DNA of 64,000 nt, taken from NCBI GenBank assembly GCA_027923505.1, contig BROI01000014.1, forward strand, positions 806,001 to 870,000, written 5' to 3'. Of the stretch, positions 58,950-64,000 are shown piece by piece. The notes below the pieces were generated by a model. It had not been told where the DNA came from, ran no database searches, and saw only the letters and a list, made by a program, of their open reading frames with translations. Position numbers and translations under genes: made by a program. Position 1 is the first letter of the stretch. Every line of letters begins with the position of its first letter. Origin of the DNA: Mayamaea pseudoterrestris. Its lineage: Eukaryota.

Positions 58950-59619
58950 ATGAGCGCCTCCCGCATTGAATACAGTGAAAAGTATGCTGACGACCATAAT
59001 GAGTATCGGTATGTAACAATATGCTTGATCCTGCGCCATTTCGCCGAAATGGGTTGACGCTGCTTCGTTCATTCATCGTTGATAGCTTCTTCTCACTATG
59101 ATACTTTTCTTCCTGCATTTCTGCAGTCATGTAATTCTGCCAAAAGAGCTCGCCAAGACCCTCCCCAAAAGTCGCCTCTTGACGGAAGCCGAGTGGTATG
59201 TTCGTGCAAATTGAATGGTGCAAAGCAAGCGAGTTATTCGCAAAGCGATGATTGACGTCATAATTGCTTTGCTTGCGCAGCATAGCCTGTATCTCCACTC
59301 ACATTAAATTTTCATTTGCGATATTCCAGGCGCGGAATCGGGGTTCAGCAGAGCCGTGGCTGGACGCATTACGCCATTCATCGGTGAGTGCGAATGACTT
59401 TCAGAGCAAACTCAAAGATGACGCTGCTCAATGCCCTTTCGCTAAAGCTCTTATTCTCACAATACGTCTACTGCGTCAAAAACATATAGACCGGAACCGC
59501 ATATTCTTCTCTTTCGCCGCGCTCTCGGAACCGACCCGCAGACGGGCCGCATTGACCCGGAGCTTGAGCGTCAGGCTCGCGACGAGTACAAGGGGCAGTT
59601 TGGTCTTCGCGCCAAGTAA
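58950..59619 (+). CDS. CKS1: Cyclin-dependent kinase regulatory subunit CKS1/Suc1 (exons 58950-59008, 59127-59195, 59330-59383, 59490-59619)
   Basis: Spliced translation [71 protein letters not shown]...; all three introns are GT-AG. Confidence 0.96.
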
Positions 59620-59833
59620 AAACTTCATTGACAAGAGGATTAATTGGCGTACCTGATCTGATTCAGTTTATTAGAATGCTTTTCCCGTTTCTGACTGGCT
59701 TGATGCGGCGCCGTTGCATGTTCTGGTGCAGCACTTTGGCGTAGTAAAATGACAAGTAATTCCATTATAGCTTTGCGCTTTGATATGCAAATATTCCATA
59801 GTCATTACTTTTTGCTTATTATCTGCGTGTTGT

Positions 59834-60852
59834 CTACTCTGGTGGCTTTTTAACATCGTACGGGTGCGATAGCGTCGATCGGAAGATTCGACCTGGCTGG
59901 CCTTGACCAAGTACATCGCCAGTGTCGTAATCCGGCTTTCGTGGAGAGTCGTCATCCAAGTGTTTCTCAATATCAGCCAGTTCAGCTTCTTCTAGAATTT
60001 GCTGGTACGGTTTGGCATTCTCGATGGCATGTGCATTAGCTAATTCGGATGTTTCGACGGCTGGTGGTGGATGTGCGAAAAAAGGTGGAGTCAGAAAGGT
60101 CATTAAGGATGAAAGCATCGCACATCTACCTCCATCACCATTTCTTTAACTTACCGAGCGTAACAATGCCAATCTTTTCTTCCTCCGTTAGCTCTCGAAC
60201 TTTCTTTGCTGGCGTGCCTGCCCAGAGCTCACCAGAGCTGACAGTCGTCCCTGGCGTTACAATGGATGCAGGAGAGACAATCGAATTAGATTCCACAATG
60301 GCACCGTCCAGTACTTGCGCCATTTCGCCAATAACAACCGAGTCTTGCAATGTCGCCGCATGAATCAGCGCTCCAGCCGAAATGGTGACATGATTTCCAA
60401 TTACCGTCGGCGCATCGCCTTGAATCTTGGCTACATGAACGACAGCTCGATCACCAATGCTACTCGCCGTTCCAATCTTGACATGGTTGACATCGCCGCG
60501 CACAACAGCTCCATACCAAACACTGCTAGCTTCACCAATCGTTACATTGCCGATGACTGCTGCCGATGGTGCGACGAAGGACTCCGGCGCAACCTTTGGG
60601 GCCATGCCGTCGACGGCGACAAATCGGGTTGAAGGGACTAGTTTCTCTGTATACTTTAATACTTCCATTCCCTTACCCATGGTATCCAGTCTTGATCTAA
60701 AGTGAGATTTAAAGAATTAAGTTAGAAACGTCACACCTCCATCCGACGATATCTCAAGCGTCTGCTAATGGCTCGATCACTTTGTCGACATACCCTACGG
60801 ATCTCATGACACGGGAAAGCCCCATGGAGGCTTTTGCAACATAGGAAGACAT
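59834..60852 (-). CDS. Gamma-carbonic-anhydrase family protein, likely the mitochondrial complex I type (exons 60852-60794, 60696-60155, 60060-59834)
   Basis: Hexapeptide beta-helix FVAPSAAVIGNVTIG..SSVWYGAVVRGDVN and GELWAGTPAK; Arg/Ser-rich presequence-like N-terminus. Confidence 0.88.
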
Positions 60853-61144
60853 CTTGACAGTCGCCTGTCTGTTGCTTGAGGAGCGCCGACTTTTTATCGA
60901 CCGGTAGGTAAGGTGGATGGACGCGTCTTGTCGCGCCGCAAACCACATCCTGCGTCGTGAAAACGTCCAGCCAATCAAACGCGGTCCACAATAACCGGAG
61001 CGACAGTCCCATGTTCGCCACTTCTTCACAGATGGCCAAAAGACGTGCGATCTTGATGGTCTGGAATCTCATTCTACACTGAGTTCTATATCAACAAACA
61101 GCAAACTAATACGAAGAATTTGTGTAAAAGAAGAAAGAGGAACG

Positions 61145-62479
61145 ATGCAAAGAGTTTCAGTTTCGCAGCTACTCTGGATCGGAGCCACTGGTTCACTAGC
61201 ATCACTCGCTAATGGATTTTCAATCGGCTCTCGTCCTTCTACCAACTTTCTTCCCAAAGATGGTAGTCGTCGTTTGAAGACTCCCACAACTCTAAAGCTT
61301 GCTAGCGCGCCTACAATATCAAGTAACGAAGATTTGCTTCCTGGAATTGCAGCAATTGATGCTTCCAACGGTGCACTCTATCTACAGCTGGAGGATATGC
61401 GGACCAAGCCGTACTTTCGTCTCTACAGCGTTGACATTTTGGCAAGCTGCGAGTACCTGCCGCAAGAATTGTTTGAGTGCTACAGCGAAACTTGTGAAAT
61501 CTATCCAGTCGATGAAGATGAAGTAAGTGTCAAGAAGGGTGTGCGTGCAAGTTACAGCAGCTTGTAGTTCAAGCAGAATGATAGTTGTCATATCTGCCTT
61601 TCGCTGCTCATGCATGACTGTTTCATACAGGTTCCAGACGAGATTCGCAAAGTGGATGCGGACGAGCACGTCTTTGAGCTTGATGGCTGGAGTCGATGGG
61701 ACATGCCGAGTGAGGATTACTACGACCTGGAAATCTTTCCCGAGGCATACACTGGATACGATGGATCGGATATTTGGAGCTTTATCCACAATCGCATTTG
61801 CTTTGATGGATACGAATATGATGATGATCATTGGAAGGCTGACTTTAACAAGGCTGTCTCGGGGTTGCATTCCATGATTTCGGCGCAAGTGGTGAGAGGT
61901 ATACAGGAACGAGTCTTGTCAGGGGAAGGCTTCAGCAAGGATGAACAATGGACAGAACCAGCGAAGGAGTTTGATCGACGATTGAGTTTGAGTGGAGAGA
62001 CTCCATTGGCGATTGAAAATTTGTACTTTACCTACATGCTGTTGCTTACCGCCGTGTCAAACGCAAGGAGTCGCTTGCTGCGTGACGCCGAGTCCGGAAC
62101 CCTGTCACCAGAAGAAGCCAGGGACCTAAAAGCCATCCTGGCGTCTCCACTACTAGACAATCCATCAGTTGGCGTCGCTTCCCGTAAGCTGCACGATCAT
62201 GCCGTCAAGGATTCTGACGCACTCGGCAATCTTTGGGAAGCGCGAATGCGGAGCCGCGAACTCATGCGCATCATGAACTGTGTCCAATGCAACAAGTGCC
62301 GACTCCATGGCAAGGTTGCCGTCATGGGCTTGTCGACGGCACTGCAAATTTTGGTCGGCCGTACGGGAGAAGGTGGAGACATGGCGCGCATACATCGGGT
62401 GGAGTTGGCGGCACTGATAACAACTCTTCACAAGTTCTCCAGAGCGGTAGACTTTGTTCAACAAATGCAAAAGCAGTAA
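61145..62479 (+). CDS. ERO1: ERO1-like FAD-dependent sulfhydryl oxidase (exons 61145-61522, 61631-62479)
   Basis: Motifs YFRLYSVD...C, CYSETC (Cx4C), PEAYTGYDG..IW, SGLHSMIS, IENLYF and IMNCVQCNKCRLHGK (CxxCxxC). Confidence 0.85.
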
Positions 62480-62774
62480 CTAGTATTTTACAAATTGCAA
62501 TTTTCACTCTGCAACAGATCTTGTGGTTTCTAGAGCTACAATGGATAACAGGAGTGGCAGAATTAGTTAGCCGGCGTGGATGCAACCGTCGATAACCAGT
62601 ATGACACGCCTGTCACTTCGCTGTCAACGCAAAGGATTGATCCGAGCCACTCTCGACCTCGACGCTGCGATGACCATGGCCTTGGCTCGATTTTAAACAC
62701 AGGCATCAAGCGTCCTTCACTTTGAAAGTACTTTATTAACTTAAAGGAGAAGAAGTACAAAAGGAAAATTGGAA

Positions 62775-64000
62775 ATGGCCGAGGAAGGGGGAGATGAGTA
62801 CGGGTTTTTCGACGGACCGGCCAATCAGCCCGTTGACAATCATGAGGAGGATCCGGAACGACAGCCTCCGAACGAAATGTCCCTTCGTCGTGCGCTAGAA
62901 ATGCAAGAGGCTGAAAGTCATGTACAAGACCAAGCCTTTCTTCGCTCCAATCAAGTCCGCGTTGGAGAAGCCGAGTCACCCTTGGCCGGTGCGCCTCCCC
63001 GAATCCCACTTGCGATGCGCCCCTCGAGCCAAGCCATGCTGCGCCAACAGGCCCATTCGCCCATTCACGCCCACCCTCCATCTCCTGCACGAAATCAGCA
63101 GCCTCCGCTGCATCTTCCTCTTTCGCCAGTACGTGTTCACCAACAACTTCAGATTGTTCCTGCGCCGCAGCCTGCAGCTGTTGCGAGGCTTGCGGCCGGT
63201 CCGCCACTTGGTGCTCATTATCAGGATCATGGTCCAAGCCTTCGACTACAGCACCAGCGCCCGAGCAACTTGTCCATTCATGTTCCTGAAAGCGAGGCTG
63301 GAGATGACTCGCTAGATTCTCCGTCGCCAGTCAGTGGATGGACGGAGGTGGAGGTGGCTCCTGGCAGCGTGGCGCCCTCGGCTCGATCCTTGCACGCGGC
63401 GGCTCTGTTGAACGGAACCATGTACGTGTTCGGTGGCTACGATGGACACGCTAGAGTCAACTCCTTTCATGCCTTTTCCTTTACCGAGAAGCGATGGTAC
63501 CCCGTTGTTCCGTCGGCCAATTCTGCTGGCGTACCGTCACCACGGGATCGTCACGTTGCCGTCGCTGTCGGAAATTCAACCATTTGCGTCCATGGAGGTT
63601 TCAACGGAACGTCAAGAGTGGCGGACTTTTGGGCGTTTGATCTGTCAACCATGGTTTGGCGAGAAATTGTTCCGCTACAGGGCCGACCACCGTCGGCGCG
63701 GCACTCTCACTCGGCTGTTGTCGCCGGGGAAAATGGAGCAGAAAAACTACTCATCTTTGGAGGATATGACGGAGCGTACAAGTGTGATTTGCACGAGTTT
63801 GATTTTCAGCTTTTGCGTTGGAGTGTCGTTCCTGCGGCTGGACGCCGTCCAAGAGCTCGGTACCGGGCGACTTGTGTCGTGCACAAGGTCAGTTTTGTTG
63901 CTTGCATAGCATTGTCTCGTGTATTGGACCCCTTACTCACAAAGTTTTTCTAAATTTACAGAATAATTTGGTGCTCTACGGAGGACATGATGGCACACGT
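62775..64000 (+). CDS. Kelch-repeat protein (LZTR1-like; 3'-truncated; intron 63888-63961)
   Basis: Repeated PSARSLH..MYVFGGYDG, PSPRDRH..HGGFNG, PSARHSH..IFGGYDG and PRARYR..LYGGHDG. Confidence 0.85.

Noticed and set aside
62563..63237. 224-aa minus-strand ORF overlapping the kelch gene
   Set aside because: Antisense to the Pro/Gln-rich coding N-terminus; no motif.

Overview
Gene-dense eukaryotic nuclear DNA with short GT-AG introns (about 65-150 nt) and short intergenic spacers. It most likely comes from a diatom or related ochrophyte, inferred from bipartite signal-peptide plus Phe transit-peptide leaders, a TLC-family plastid NTT, nuclear GUN4 and a bHLH-PAS factor. I can support about 34 protein-coding genes, many spliced by hand, and one tRNA-Leu(UAG). 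Recognisable products: DHX16/Prp2, TRM6, CCZ1/HPS4-like, proteasome beta2, NUP155, coronin, plastid LPAAT, NTT, GUN4, SAE1, bHLH-PAS, spermidine synthase, TBCCD1, PABP, LRAT-like, a mitochondrial-carrier-family protein, a histidine phosphatase, CKS1 (4 exons, absent from the ORF track), gamma-CA, ERO1-like and a kelch protein. I saw no transposon, CRISPR array or rRNA. The best leads are: a divergent 81-aa G-protein gamma subunit; an ERO1-like oxidase with an apparent plastid-targeting leader; a 1583-aa plastid HAD-like protein with four tandem cap-like modules; a Cys-rich RxL/LNR type-I membrane protein; and two helix-rich non-coding segments (about 44.1-44.3 kb and 55.45-55.73 kb) that may be unannotated ncRNAs. 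All family calls come from motif recognition by eye; no searches were run.
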